Shown here in pieces: positions 17,377 through 26,463 of a stretch of 32,000 nt of DNA. Numbering within the stretch: the stretch's first letter is position 1; each line of letters begins with the position of its first letter. Position numbers and translations under genes: made by a program. This DNA is from Methanothermobacter marburgensis str. Marburg. GTDB taxonomy: Archaea > Methanobacteriota > Methanobacteria > Methanobacteriales > Methanothermobacteraceae. Below the pieces are notes generated by a model. That model did not search any database. It saw only the letters and a program-made list of their open reading frames with translations, and was not told the origin of the DNA. The stretch is taken from positions 870,001 to 902,000 of the forward strand of contig NC_014408.1 in NCBI RefSeq assembly GCF_000145295.1, written 5' to 3'.

Positions 17377-19342
17377 TTATCCTTGGAACAGCCATGGATG
17401 GGTCCTCAAGGTCATGGAGGTCATAGTAGCTGCCACCTGAGGCCAGGGCTATCTCCATGTTGAGGTCCCTTCCACCCCTTGAGCCCTGCTCAAAGTTTAT
17501 GACAGCGGAGGGTATATCCTCCTCCCTGAGCCTGGCTGCTGCTTCAACCGCCTCCCTCTTGGGGTTCCTCTCAACCCCCACGTTTGGCATACCGTCGCTG
17601 AGGATAACCATGAACGGGACGTACTCGCTGTGTCTCTTCTCCTCCCTGAGTATCTCAAGGCCCCTCTTTATGCCCTGTGCCATTGGTGTTGTACCACCAA
17701 CCCGTATACTGTCCACTGTATCCCTGAATGATGATGCCCGGGCTGTTGAGGGTATTATAACCTTCGCGTCCCTTCCACGGAAACCCACAACACTTATCCT
17801 GTCCTTATGCCTCTGGGCGTCCTCTATGAACCTCTCTATGAGGCCCTTGACCCTGGCGGCCTTCTTCTCAGAGAACATGGACCCGCTTATATCCACCACC
17901 AGGACGATTGATGCCCTTGCACCGTGTTTGCGTATCTTCTCCCTTATATCGCCGGGTTCTATTTTAAGTTCCCCCCTTGAGGCGGCGGCCCTCAGTGTGG
18001 CGTCAACAGCAACGTCACCTGAGCCCCTGGGGAACCTGCTCTTCACGTACCTGCCCTTGATGGTCTTCGACTCAACCCTTGAACCGTAGAGGCGCTCCTT
18101 CTTCTTACCCCTGATCCTGAGGAGCCTCTTTATATCAACGTCCATGTCCTGGGTTTCAGGTTCCCTGCCCTCCACGTCAGCGGCAAGGGCCCCCAGGGAT
18201 GATGCCGAAGGTGAAGCACCTGAATCTCCACTGCTACCTTCCCCCGGTGAACCCTCTGCAGGGGTTTCATCCTCTTCACCCTCACCTGGGCCACTTCCTG
18301 AGTCACCACTTTCTGATTCAGACTCTCTTTCACGCTCCATCTCCTCACGGGCCCTCTGCATCTCCCTTCTCGTGTTTTCACGGTTATAGGTCCTTCCAGG
18401 TATTCTCTCCCCCAGAACCAGTATTATTGCATCCTCGACGTCCTCCTCACGGACCCTCCTCCTGCCGTTGAAGGCCGCTATGGCCTTTGAGGTCCTCACG
18501 ATTGCAATATCGGACCTGTGCCCATCGACCCCTGCATCGACACAGACCCTTGCTATCAGCTCAAGGAGGTCGTCGTCAATGGTGACCGCTGGAAGGAGCT
18601 TCCTGGCCTCCATTATCCTCTCCCTGAGTTCCCGCTGACTTTCAGCGAACCTCTCAACGAATCCCTCAGGGTCATCCTCGAATTCATCCCTCCGCTTCAT
18701 TATGAGGATTCTCTGCCTGATGTCGGTGACCGTGCCAACATTTATGTGTATACCTATCCTGTCTGAGAGCTGGGGCCGGAGTTCGCCCTCAGCGGGGTTC
18801 ATGGTCCCAACCAGGATGAACCTTGATGGGTGCTGAAGGGATATTCCCTCCCTCTCAACTGTGTTCACACCGTAGGCAGCCGCATCAAGCAGGACATCCA
18901 CCAGGTGGTCGTCCAGTAGGTTTATCTCGTCAACGTAGAGTATGTTCCTGTTGGCCTCTGCAAGTATACCCGGCTCAAGGGCCTTTATACCCTCTGTGAG
19001 AGCCTTCCCTATGTCAAGGGAACCCACAACCCGGTCCTCTGTTGCACCCAGTGGTAGCTCAACCACCCGCATCTTCCGGTACTCCACCTCCAGGTCACCT
19101 GAACGGCACACCTCACATGCCTCTTCAGGTTCATCAGGGTCGCAGTTGAAGGGGCAGCCCTTAACTGTCCGCAGTGATGGAAGAAGGTCTGCCAGGGCCC
19201 TCACGGCGGTTGTTTTACCTGTCCCCTTATCACCCTTTATGAGTACACCGCCTATCCTGGGATTTATTGCATTGAGTATAAGGGCCTTTTTCACCCTTTC
19301 CTGTCCAACTATAGCTGTGAATGGAAAAATAAGGTTCTTCAT
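17351..19342 (-). CDS. Mg-chelatase-like ChlI/ChlD fusion protein (AAA+ module, acidic linker, vWA domain)
   Basis: A 663-aa ORF. Walker A is GDKGTGKT, a Cys cluster reads GCPFNCDP...CEVC, and Walker B is [10 protein letters not shown] long acidic Glu/Ser/Gly linker is followed by a vWA domain ([10 protein letters not shown]...GGTTP...ILSDG). Confidence 0.8.
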   Translation of the reverse strand: MKNLIFPFTAIVGQERVKKALILNAINPRIGGVLIKGDKGTGKTTAVRALADLLPSLRTVKGCPFNCDPDEPEEACEVCRSGDLEVEYRKMRVVELPLGATEDRVVGSLDIGKALTEGIKALEPGILAEANRNILYVDEINLLDDHLVDVLLDAAAYGVNTVEREGISLQHPSRFILVGTMNPAEGELRPQLSDRIGIHINVGTVTDIRQRILIMKRRDEFEDDPEGFVERFAESQRELRERIMEARKLLPAVTIDDDLLELIARVCVDAGVDGHRSDIAIVRTSKAIAAFNGRRRVREEDVEDAIILVLGERIPGRTYNRENTRREMQRAREEMERERESESESGDSGSGPGEGEEDETPAEGSPGEGSSGDSGASPSASSLGALAADVEGREPETQDMDVDIKRLLRIRGKKKERLYGSRVESKTIKGRYVKSRFPRGSGDVAVDATLRAAASRGELKIEPGDIREKIRKHGARASIVLVVDISGSMFSEKKAARVKGLIERFIEDAQRHKDRISVVGFRGRDAKVIIPSTARASSFRDTVDSIRVGGTTPMAQGIKRGLEILREEKRHSEYVPFMVILSDGMPNVGVERNPKREAVEAAARLREEDIPSAVINFEQGSRGGRDLNMEIALASGGSYYDLHDLEDPSMAVPRIMEHEREMF

Positions 19343-19403
19343 TAACTCACCTGGTTTTTATAACCATATAATTCTATCTTTATTCTCAATAATAAGTTTT
19401 TAC

Positions 19404-19503
19404 GTGGAATGGTATTAAAATGGGGTTCTGGTTTAGGAATCAATCTGGATATGGTGGATGATGGTATTAAAATAGGGGTCCGGGGTAGGAATCCCTCTGG
19501 ATA
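19404..19503. repeat. Two diverged ~50-bp tandem copies in the divergent promoter region between the chelatase-like gene and the Zn-ribbon gene
   Basis: Copy 1 is gtggaatggtattaaaatggggttctggtttaggaatcaatctggata (19404-) and copy 2 is gtggatgatggtattaaaataggggtccggggtaggaatccctctggata (19454-). Identity is roughly 80-85%. Each copy carries a TATA-like TATTAAAAT. Confidence 0.6.
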
Positions 19504-19568
19504 AAGTAGATAAGGGATGCCAAAGATAAATTGAGCTGGTGATAGATATGTGCACTGTTGGAGGTCCA

Positions 19569-19703
19569 ATGGCTGATATTGACATCAAGAAGATGAAGAC
19601 CCGTAAATGTAAGTGCCTTGACTGTGGAAATGAGTTCAAGGGTGTTGGAAGGCGGATAATCTGCCCATCATGCCAGTCAGATAATGTTGAATGTGAAGGC
19701 TAG
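19569..19703 (+). CDS. Small zinc-ribbon protein (44 aa)
   Basis: This gene falls below the ORF-track cut-off. The ATG at 19569 lies 3 nt after GGAGGT (19560-19565). My translation is MADIDIKKMKTRKCKCLDCGNEFKGVGRRIICPSCQSDNVECEG, containing CxxC...CxxC. Its stop is 3 nt before the next gene's GTG. Confidence 0.5.
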   Translation: MADIDIKKMKTRKCKCLDCGNEFKGVGRRIICPSCQSDNVECEG

Positions 19704-19706
19704 AGG

Positions 19707-20183
19707 GTGAGTGGTCTGGAATTCAATCTGAGGGATGACAGGATACTCTTTGTGGAGTCGGATTCAGGTACACTTGGCATAATACCGTCCGGCAGGAGGA
19801 GAACCCTCTTCATGAATACCCCAGATGACGAGGTCGCCCTGTTTCTTGAACCAGATGACCTCATAGTCATATCCGCATTCAGCTCAGGGGAAAAGGCAAG
19901 GAGGGGTATAATGGCCCTCGCCTACCTCCTCCTTGAGATAGAAAATCCCCTTGTTGTTCTCCCTGAGAACCATCCAGGGTCCAGGAGGCTGAAGATGGTG
20001 GTCTCTGCCTCAGATACAATAAGACTGAGCTGCGAGATAACCCCTGGCACCCACCCGGACCACCACCTGCTCTGCTCGGTGAGTGAACTCTCAGGGATGG
20101 AGATAGTCTCGGAGAATGGCCTGGTTAAACTCTTAAACACGCCACCGGGTATCAGGTCGCGGGTGACAAAACTTGAGTGGTGA
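19707..20183 (+). CDS. Hypothetical protein (158 aa), family not recognised
   Basis: The ORF has normal local codon composition and is tightly coupled to the upstream Zn-ribbon ORF. I see no motif I can name. Confidence 0.5.
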   Translation: MSGLEFNLRDDRILFVESDSGTLGIIPSGRRRTLFMNTPDDEVALFLEPDDLIVISAFSSGEKARRGIMALAYLLLEIENPLVVLPENHPGSRRLKMVVSASDTIRLSCEITPGTHPDHHLLCSVSELSGMEIVSENGLVKLLNTPPGIRSRVTKLEW

Positions 20184-20186
20184 GGC

Positions 20187-20390
20187 GGGAAAACTATTTT
20201 TAAGTACACCCACATAAACCATCAATGTGAATATGATCAACGAATTCTATCAGGGAAACTATTTTTAAGTACACCCACATAAACCATCAACGTGAATGAT
20301 TATGATCAACGAATTCTATCAGGGAAACTATTTTTAAGTACACGCACATAAACCATGAACGTGAATGATTATGATCAACGAATTCTATCA
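20187..20390. repeat. Tandem triplication (66 + 69 + 69 bp) of the promoter and first 9 codons of the DUF116 gene
   Basis: The copies start at 20187, 20253 and 20322. The unit is gggaaactatttttaagtacacccacataaaccatcaacgtgaatgattatgatcaacgaattctatca, with only a few substitutions or indels between copies. Copy 3 runs into the real CDS (ATG at 20365). Confidence 0.9.
20331..20338 (+). promoter_or_regulatory. TATA-like box (TTTTTAAG, preceded by GAAAC) about 30 nt upstream of the DUF116 ATG. Identical boxes lie at 20197-20204 and 20262-20269.
   Basis: The spacing fits an archaeal TATA-to-TSS distance and a near-leaderless mRNA. No SD precedes the ATG at 20365. Confidence 0.4.
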
Positions 20391-21063
20391 GATATTCGGG
20401 CAGCTGGTATTCATCGCGGGTCTGGGCCTCATTGTGATGCTAGCCTCAAGCCTATTCCTTGGGAGGCTCCTTCTCAATGAGGACCGGTTGATATTTCCCA
20501 GACTCCTCCTTATCACAGTGGACATGTTCTACGGTCCATTCAAGAAGTTCTCAGAGACACTGGGACTCAACAGCCGCATAGTGGACCAGATAGGGGTTGA
20601 GGTGAGGAACAAGATCAACGAGAAGAGGTTCCGGTCAATAGACCCCCATGAAAAGGCACTCGTGTTGCCCCACTGCCTCAGAAACCCAAAATGTGAGGCA
20701 AGGCTTGACAGGACAGGGCTTGTCTGCACGGGGTGCAACCGCTGCATAATAGGTAAGATCAAGGAGCGGGCCGAGAGCATAGGGTACACAGTATTCGTGA
20801 TACCGGGGTCAACCTTCATAAAGAAGATAATGGAGGAGCGTAGGTTCAAGGCGGTCCTCGGGGTGGCCTGCTACCAGGACCTCAACCTGGCCATGATGAA
20901 GCTCTCAAGGTTCACACCACAGGGTGTCCCCCTCCTCAGGGACGGGTGCTTCAAGACAAAGGTGGACTTCAGGGCCGTCCTCGAGAAGATGGGGCTTGAA
21001 GGTGAGATGAGAAGACCACGTGGTTGCATGAACCAGGTACCCGAGAAAACCCTGGAGCGGTGA
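20365..21063 (+). CDS. DUF116-family Cys-rich membrane-anchored protein
   Basis: A 232-aa ORF with an N-terminal TM helix. The segment [32 protein letters not shown]...VFVIPGSTF...[10 protein letters not shown] matches my recollection of DUF116 (COG1852). Confidence 0.6.
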   Translation: MIMINEFYQIFGQLVFIAGLGLIVMLASSLFLGRLLLNEDRLIFPRLLLITVDMFYGPFKKFSETLGLNSRIVDQIGVEVRNKINEKRFRSIDPHEKALVLPHCLRNPKCEARLDRTGLVCTGCNRCIIGKIKERAESIGYTVFVIPGSTFIKKIMEERRFKAVLGVACYQDLNLAMMKLSRFTPQGVPLLRDGCFKTKVDFRAVLEKMGLEGEMRRPRGCMNQVPEKTLER

Positions 21064-21067
21064 TAGA

Positions 21068-21901
21068 TTGGACATACCAATCACCGATAACCACATACAC
21101 GTTGACCCCATCAACGGCGAGGGACCGAAAGCCGTGGCCCTTAAATTTCAGAGGTCCGGTGGTAGGAGGATGATAATCCCCAACAAGCCATCCTGGACCA
21201 TAAACGCCGGCACAGACTACAAAAAAACCATGGATACGGTGCTTAAGTACGCTGACATCATCAACCATGAGACAGAGGTTGAAGCATATGCTGTGGTGGG
21301 ACTCCACCCGGCGGAGCTATCAAGGCTCCTTGAGGCCGGTCACGACCCTGAGAGGGGCGAGGAGATGATAAGGGAGGGCCTGGAATATGCCCAGTCACTG
21401 GTCCTTGAGGGGAGGGCCGTTGCAATAGGTGAGGTTGGAAGACCCCACTACCCTGTCCCCGCTGAGGAGATGGCCATCCACAACAGGCTGATGGTGTATG
21501 CCATGGAACTTGCAGCCGAGGCCTCATGTCCTGTGCAGCTCCACACCGAGACCTCAGGACCTGAAGAGTTCAGGGAATTCGCAGGGATGGCCTCTAAGGC
21601 AGGTATAAAGAAGCATATGGTCATAAAGCACTTCTCCGGTCCCCTGACAGGAAGGGATGAGAACCATGGACTCACACCATCCCTCATTGCATCCGGGGAT
21701 GTCATAAGGGAGGGTATCAGGAAGGGGTCATGCTTCCTCATGGAAACCGATTACCTAGATGATAGCAGCAGACCCGGCGCGGTCCTCGGACCCAAGACCG
21801 TCCCACGGAGGACAATTGAATTCCTGAATAAGGGGATCTTCACCGAGGAGGACGCCTACAGGATACACCAGGAGACCGTTGAAAGGGTATACGGTTTATA
21901 A
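21068..21901 (+). CDS. TatD-related metal-dependent hydrolase (TIM-barrel amidohydrolase superfamily)
   Basis: A 277-aa ORF with a TTG start 4 nt after the DUF116 stop. It contains ITDNHIHVDP (the HxH motif), AIGEVGRP, VQLHTE and VIKHFSG. Confidence 0.65.
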   Translation: MDIPITDNHIHVDPINGEGPKAVALKFQRSGGRRMIIPNKPSWTINAGTDYKKTMDTVLKYADIINHETEVEAYAVVGLHPAELSRLLEAGHDPERGEEMIREGLEYAQSLVLEGRAVAIGEVGRPHYPVPAEEMAIHNRLMVYAMELAAEASCPVQLHTETSGPEEFREFAGMASKAGIKKHMVIKHFSGPLTGRDENHGLTPSLIASGDVIREGIRKGSCFLMETDYLDDSSRPGAVLGPKTVPRRTIEFLNKGIFTEEDAYRIHQETVERVYGL

Positions 21902-21984
21902 ATCGCCAAGTTCTGACCTCAGAGGTACTCAATGAAATCATATATCACACCCTCGCCTATGGTTTATAAATCGCCAAGTTCTGA
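21893..21984. repeat. Two-copy 24-nt direct repeat (period 68). Copy 1 contains the last 2 codons and stop of the TatD-like gene.
   Basis: ggtttataaatcgccaagttctga occurs at 21893-21916 and again, identically, at 21961-21984. The TAA stop is at 21899-21901. Confidence 0.75.
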
Positions 21985-22063
21985 ACCACCGTTAATTTTA
22001 TGGATAAAGCATTTCAGGAAAAATAAAATCTGTTAAACTTTTGCATCTACAAAAAAATCTTTT

Positions 22064-22642
22064 TCAGTGGGATCCCCCGAGGAAGATGCTGACAAGGCCT
22101 ATGAGGATCCCTATCACAACAACCTCAAGGCTCGTCCTGTAGATGTTCTCCCTTGAAACCCTCCCGAGGTAAACGCCAAGGACCAGGAGGGCTGCGAGGC
22201 ACAGTACAACGGTCACAATGGTTGCTGTCATCCTCTCAGATAACACAAGAAATGGGAGTACAGGTACAAAGGAGCCGAGGAAGCTTGAGAATCCATGTGT
22301 GAACATGCTCATGTACACGCGGCGCCTTGCCTGCTGGTGGATGATGGTGTCATCCAGTTTACCCTCATCCATCATCATCTTCCTCTCAAGCTCACGCATT
22401 GTCCTTGTTTCTTCAGCCCTCTCACCTATGAATGAACCGAAGGCATTGGACATTGCAAGGGCCACGCCCCCGCTGAGTCCTGTCAGGGCTATGAGGTGGT
22501 TGTCCACACTGAGACCACCGGCACCTGCAACTCCACTGGCGGTGAGTGTAACACCCATCACAGCCAGTATACCGTCAAGTGTCCCGAGAGCCACATAGCG
22601 GCTCATGTTGATGTACTCATGAAGAAATTCACGTATATCCAT
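22064..22642 (-). CDS. VIT1/CCC1-family (DUF125) predicted Fe/Mn transporter
   Basis: A 192-aa ORF. It contains LGTLDGILAVMGVTLTASGVAGAG, a Glu-rich cytoplasmic segment (GERAEETRTMRELERKM) and C-terminal TM helices. Confidence 0.6.
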   Translation of the reverse strand: MDIREFLHEYINMSRYVALGTLDGILAVMGVTLTASGVAGAGGLSVDNHLIALTGLSGGVALAMSNAFGSFIGERAEETRTMRELERKMMMDEGKLDDTIIHQQARRRVYMSMFTHGFSSFLGSFVPVLPFLVLSERMTATIVTVVLCLAALLVLGVYLGRVSRENIYRTSLEVVVIGILIGLVSIFLGGSH

Positions 22643-22674
22643 CTCTGATCATCCATCATTTCAGTCAATGAGGG

Positions 22675-23868
22675 CTAACCCCTCCCCAGTTCACTGTGCG
22701 CACGTGCAAGGTGACCTGCTGCAAGGGCACCCATGAGGGATAGTTCACCTGCAAGGACAGCTCCCCCAACGATCTCTGCAAACTCATGTACACCCCCTGA
22801 ACCCCGGACACCCATGATATCAAGACACTCGGATGCCGTCTCAAGTCCCGTGCCACCACCAACAGTTGCGAGGGGCACATCAGGGAGGTTGACTGAGAAG
22901 TAAAGGTCACCGTTTTTCTCCTCTGCAACGGTAACCCCGAGGCTACCTTCAACAATATGGGCCTCATCCTGTCCAGTTGCAAGGAATATGGCGCCTATTA
23001 TGTTGGCGTAGTGGGCATTGAATCCCATGCTCCCAGCGAGGGCTGATCCCAGGAGGTTCTTTGCGGTGTTAACCTCAACAACAGCCTCTGGTGTTGTCTT
23101 GAGGACCCTCTCAACCATCTCCCCGGGTACAGTTACCTCTGCACTGATGCTCTTACCCCGACCCTCAACCAGGTTTATGGATGCTGGTTTCTTGTCGGTG
23201 CAGAGGTTTCCGCTCAGGGCAATCACATGGGCGCCTGTCTCCTCTGTGAGGAGCTCAAGGGCCTTCTCTGTGGCGATGGTGACCATGTTCATCCCCATGC
23301 TATCACCTGTTGTGTAGACGAACCTGGGGTAAACGTAGGGCCCCGCCACGATGATGGGATCTATCTTTATGAGTTTTCCGTGCCTCGTTGTTGACTCCGC
23401 CTCCTCCCTGAGGGCATCAATGTTCTCCTGGATCCATTCCCTGAGCTTTAAGGCCTCAACAACAGAACCAGTCCTTATTACAGGGGCCCTTGTCATAGAG
23501 TCACCGGTTATTCTGACAGATGCACCCCCGCACCCTGTGATCACCGAGCAACCCCTGTTCACAGAGGCCACCAGTGCACCCTCTGAGGTTGCAAGGGGTA
23601 CATAATACTCGCCGTCTGCATGTTCACCCTTAACCAGCAGTGGCCCAGCAACCCCCAGGGGAATCTGAACGGCGCCTATGGGGTTTTCAATGTTCCTCCT
23701 TGACGCCCTATCCATGTCAATTGTATAGTGGGATACATGCTCAAGTCTGGCACCTGAGACCCTCTCAATGAACTCCCTTCTTATCCTGACAGCCTCATCA
23801 ACAGGTACGTGCCTTTCAATTTCATAGAGCTTTATCTTACCCTCAAGGAGGTCATCCATGAGTGACAT
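22675..23868 (-). CDS. hmgA: Hydroxymethylglutaryl-CoA reductase (class I, archaeal mevalonate pathway)
   Basis: A 397-aa ORF. It contains ENPIGAVQIPLGVAGPL, VPLATSEGALVAS, TGDSMGMNMV and DKKPASINLVEGRGKS. Confidence 0.9.
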   Translation of the reverse strand: MSLMDDLLEGKIKLYEIERHVPVDEAVRIRREFIERVSGARLEHVSHYTIDMDRASRRNIENPIGAVQIPLGVAGPLLVKGEHADGEYYVPLATSEGALVASVNRGCSVITGCGGASVRITGDSMTRAPVIRTGSVVEALKLREWIQENIDALREEAESTTRHGKLIKIDPIIVAGPYVYPRFVYTTGDSMGMNMVTIATEKALELLTEETGAHVIALSGNLCTDKKPASINLVEGRGKSISAEVTVPGEMVERVLKTTPEAVVEVNTAKNLLGSALAGSMGFNAHYANIIGAIFLATGQDEAHIVEGSLGVTVAEEKNGDLYFSVNLPDVPLATVGGGTGLETASECLDIMGVRGSGGVHEFAEIVGGAVLAGELSLMGALAAGHLARAHSELGRG

Positions 23869-24737
23869 CAGAGAGCCCCCTCCATGCGCCTGAGTTCCCT
23901 GACTATGGCGGATGGCCTGTCAACAACCACTGCACCTGCGGCTTCAAGGGCCTCCCTTTTACTCTGCGCGGTTCCTGCACCGCCCTCTATGATGGCCCCT
24001 GCATGGCCCATCCTCTTACCTGGAGGTGCAGTTGAGCCTGAGATGAAGGCAAAGACCGGCTTTGACATGTGGTCACCTATGTACTCTGCGGCCCTCTCCT
24101 CTGCGTCTCCCCCTATTTCACCTATGAGGACAACTGCGTCGGTCTGGGGGTCTTCCTCAAACCTCTCAAGGACATCCACAAATCCCAGGCCAGTGACAGG
24201 GTCGCCCCCTATCCCCACACATGTGCTCTGGCCGAAGCCCGCCTCTGTGAGCTGGGCAGCGAATTCATAGGTCAGTGTCCCGCTCCTTGAGACTATCCCT
24301 ATGTTGCCCTCGGTGAAAATGTTTGTGGGCATTATACCCAGTTTACCAACACCGGGGGTTATTATACCAGGTGTGTTGGGCCCTATAACTGTCTTACCCA
24401 TCCTTTCAGCGTATTCCATTATCTGCATTGAGTCATGGACCGGTATGTGCTCTGTTATTATAACCACAAGGTCAAGGTGCCTTATGGACTCAAAGGCCGC
24501 GTCCTTGGCAAAGGGGGCCGGTACGAAGATTATGGATGCATTGACATCCATCTCCTCCCTGACCTCCTCAACCGAGTTGTAGACGCCGAGGCCAAGGAAC
24601 TCCTGGCCGCCCTTACCAGGTGTCACGCCGGCCACTATCCTTGTTCCGTATTCAAGCATCTGTTCTGTATGAAATGATCCCTGTTTACCTGTTATGCCCT
24701 GAACCAGGCATCTGGTATCCTCATCAAGCAGTATCAT
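23868..24737 (-). CDS. sucD: Succinyl-CoA synthetase alpha subunit (CoA-binding/ligase-CoA family)
   Basis: The sequence [23 protein letters not shown]...SRSGTLTYE...GIGGDP...MGHAGAI includes the catalytic His loop. I place the start at ATG 24737 (SD GAGGGGA) rather than the ORF-track start at 24893. The stop shares one nucleotide with the hmgA ATG. Confidence 0.9.
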   Translation of the reverse strand: MILLDEDTRCLVQGITGKQGSFHTEQMLEYGTRIVAGVTPGKGGQEFLGLGVYNSVEEVREEMDVNASIIFVPAPFAKDAAFESIRHLDLVVIITEHIPVHDSMQIMEYAERMGKTVIGPNTPGIITPGVGKLGIMPTNIFTEGNIGIVSRSGTLTYEFAAQLTEAGFGQSTCVGIGGDPVTGLGFVDVLERFEEDPQTDAVVLIGEIGGDAEERAAEYIGDHMSKPVFAFISGSTAPPGKRMGHAGAIIEGGAGTAQSKREALEAAGAVVVDRPSAIVRELRRMEGAL

Positions 24738-24861
24738 GATAAATCCCCTCAATACTATGTTGTTAAAATCTAAAATACTTGGTGATAATGAATCATTTAA
24801 CCCACCCCGTGGATCCCATAATACGTCAAGCGGACCATCGGAATCCCTACCATGCAGAGGT

Positions 24862-25599
24862 TCAGACCATAAGTATTCTTGTTCTCTCCTCAAATGGCAC
24901 CGAAAGGTCGATGAGGTTTCCGTTGAGGAATGCCGTTGCAGAGACTATTACACTTCCGGGTATCACATGTGAGGGTGAGCCCCTCCTTACAAGGTACACG
25001 TTCTTGTGTCCAAGGGCTGCCCCCAGCATTGCCCCTGCCACGACCCCGACACTCTCCATGTCCTCTATGGTCGCCACAACAACAGGGTCATCGGTCTTAT
25101 CTGAAACGTAACCCACTCCTGGAATCCTGCGGACCCCTGGTTTGATCTCCTGGCTCACATCTGTAACTCCATCCATCCCGCCGGCAGCCTGTATGGCTGA
25201 ATTTGCAACATCAGCCACGAATTCTTCACCACCATAGGTGTCAAATGCCAGTATAACTGCATCAGGGTAACGATCCTGCCTCACAAGTGCCTCTGCATAG
25301 GATATACCCTCGCCTGCACCGTCAGGTTCATCTGATATCCCCTCAAGGTCGCCGAGGTTCTCTGATGAGTCCCTGAGTATCTCAACTATTGCCCTGTTCA
25401 CGTCCTCCAGCATATCATCCTCTACAAATGCACTTATAACCACATCGTCGCCTGTTATGTTTGTGAGTGCTGCGCTCTCTGCACCCGCGTCAAGGAGACC
25501 TGGTATCGAGGCCTCCAGTGCATTTATAAGTTCCCTGCTGCAGCTTGTATCATTATCTGATATATCTGCACCTATGGAAGTTATCCTCAAATCAATCAC
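24862..25599 (-). CDS. Conserved-looking acidic hypothetical protein (245 aa), family not recognised
   Basis: A long ORF with normal codon composition. The start is GTG at 25599 or TTG at 25590. I see no motif I can name. Confidence 0.5.
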   Translation of the reverse strand: MIDLRITSIGADISDNDTSCSRELINALEASIPGLLDAGAESAALTNITGDDVVISAFVEDDMLEDVNRAIVEILRDSSENLGDLEGISDEPDGAGEGISYAEALVRQDRYPDAVILAFDTYGGEEFVADVANSAIQAAGGMDGVTDVSQEIKPGVRRIPGVGYVSDKTDDPVVVATIEDMESVGVVAGAMLGAALGHKNVYLVRRGSPSHVIPGSVIVSATAFLNGNLIDLSVPFEERTRILMV

Positions 25600-25795
25600 C
25601 TGATACCTAATTTGAGGTGCGGGAATAAATAGGTTACAGCAGAACCCTGTGGAATGTGGAAGTTCCTGAGTACTGCCGCTTATGATAGAAATAGACGCAC
25701 CTCACCCATGCAAAATTTAATTACCAGAAATAACATATAGAAGTTAGTGTAAACTATTGGTTCTCGAGACTCCACAAACTAAGGAGAAATAATTA

Positions 25796-26461
25796 ATGGA
25801 AACCATGATCTGTGTCCCCATCTTTGAAAGGACATGTGAAGCTGTTATCAAATCCGCAGAAAGGGCCATAGAGGCCGGAGCCGATATCCTGGAGCTCAGA
25901 ATAGACGCCCTCAAAGGGGCATCGGGGGCTGAGGTGAAAGGGGTCATAGAGGATATTGGCTTTCCTGTAATAGCAACAAACAGGTCCCCCACGGAGGGGG
26001 GCCACTTCAGTGGCACTGAAACTGAAAGGATAGAACTCCTGAGCTCCGCTGCCGAGGTGGCCCTCTATGTTGATGTTGAACTCAGCACCGACCCTGAGTA
26101 CATCGAGAGGGTCACGGCAGTTGCCGCCGGGAGCATCATATCCTACCATAACTTCACCGGGACACCATCACTTGAGGCCCTTCTGAGGATAGTCCGGATG
26201 GAGAAGGAATTTGGGGACATTGCAAAGGTGGCGGTCATGCCCCGGAACATGGCAGACACCATCGTGGTTCTCCAGCTGCTCTCGGTGGAAGACAATACAA
26301 TAGCAATATCCATGGGGGAAGCCGGGAAATACACGAGGGTCGCAGCTGCCCTCTTCGGTGCCCCAATAACCTTTGCATCAGCGGACCGTTCAACAGCACC
26401 AGGACAGATGGACGTCCGTATCACCAGGAAAATGATTGATGAACTCATGCCGGAGGATTGA
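25796..26461 (+). CDS. aroD: Type I 3-dehydroquinate dehydratase
   Basis: A 221-aa ORF with SD AAGGAG 9 nt upstream. It contains ICVPI, DILELRID, IATNR, SYHNF and AKVAVMP, the last carrying the Schiff-base Lys context. Confidence 0.85.
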   Translation: METMICVPIFERTCEAVIKSAERAIEAGADILELRIDALKGASGAEVKGVIEDIGFPVIATNRSPTEGGHFSGTETERIELLSSAAEVALYVDVELSTDPEYIERVTAVAAGSIISYHNFTGTPSLEALLRIVRMEKEFGDIAKVAVMPRNMADTIVVLQLLSVEDNTIAISMGEAGKYTRVAAALFGAPITFASADRSTAPGQMDVRITRKMIDELMPED

Positions 26462-26463
26462 AG

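Noticed and set aside
24738-24893. A 52-codon N-terminal extension of the sucD ORF, which overlaps the end of the upstream 245-aa gene
   Set aside because: SucD homologues begin at the MILLDE... position. ATG 24737 has a GAGGGGA SD, and the extension has no similarity to anything I recognise and would overlap the neighbouring gene.
26458-26463. A TTG start at 26458 for the signal-peptidase-like gene, overlapping the aroD stop
   Set aside because: The ATG two codons downstream (26464) is better spaced from the GGAGG at 26452-26456. The difference is only two residues.
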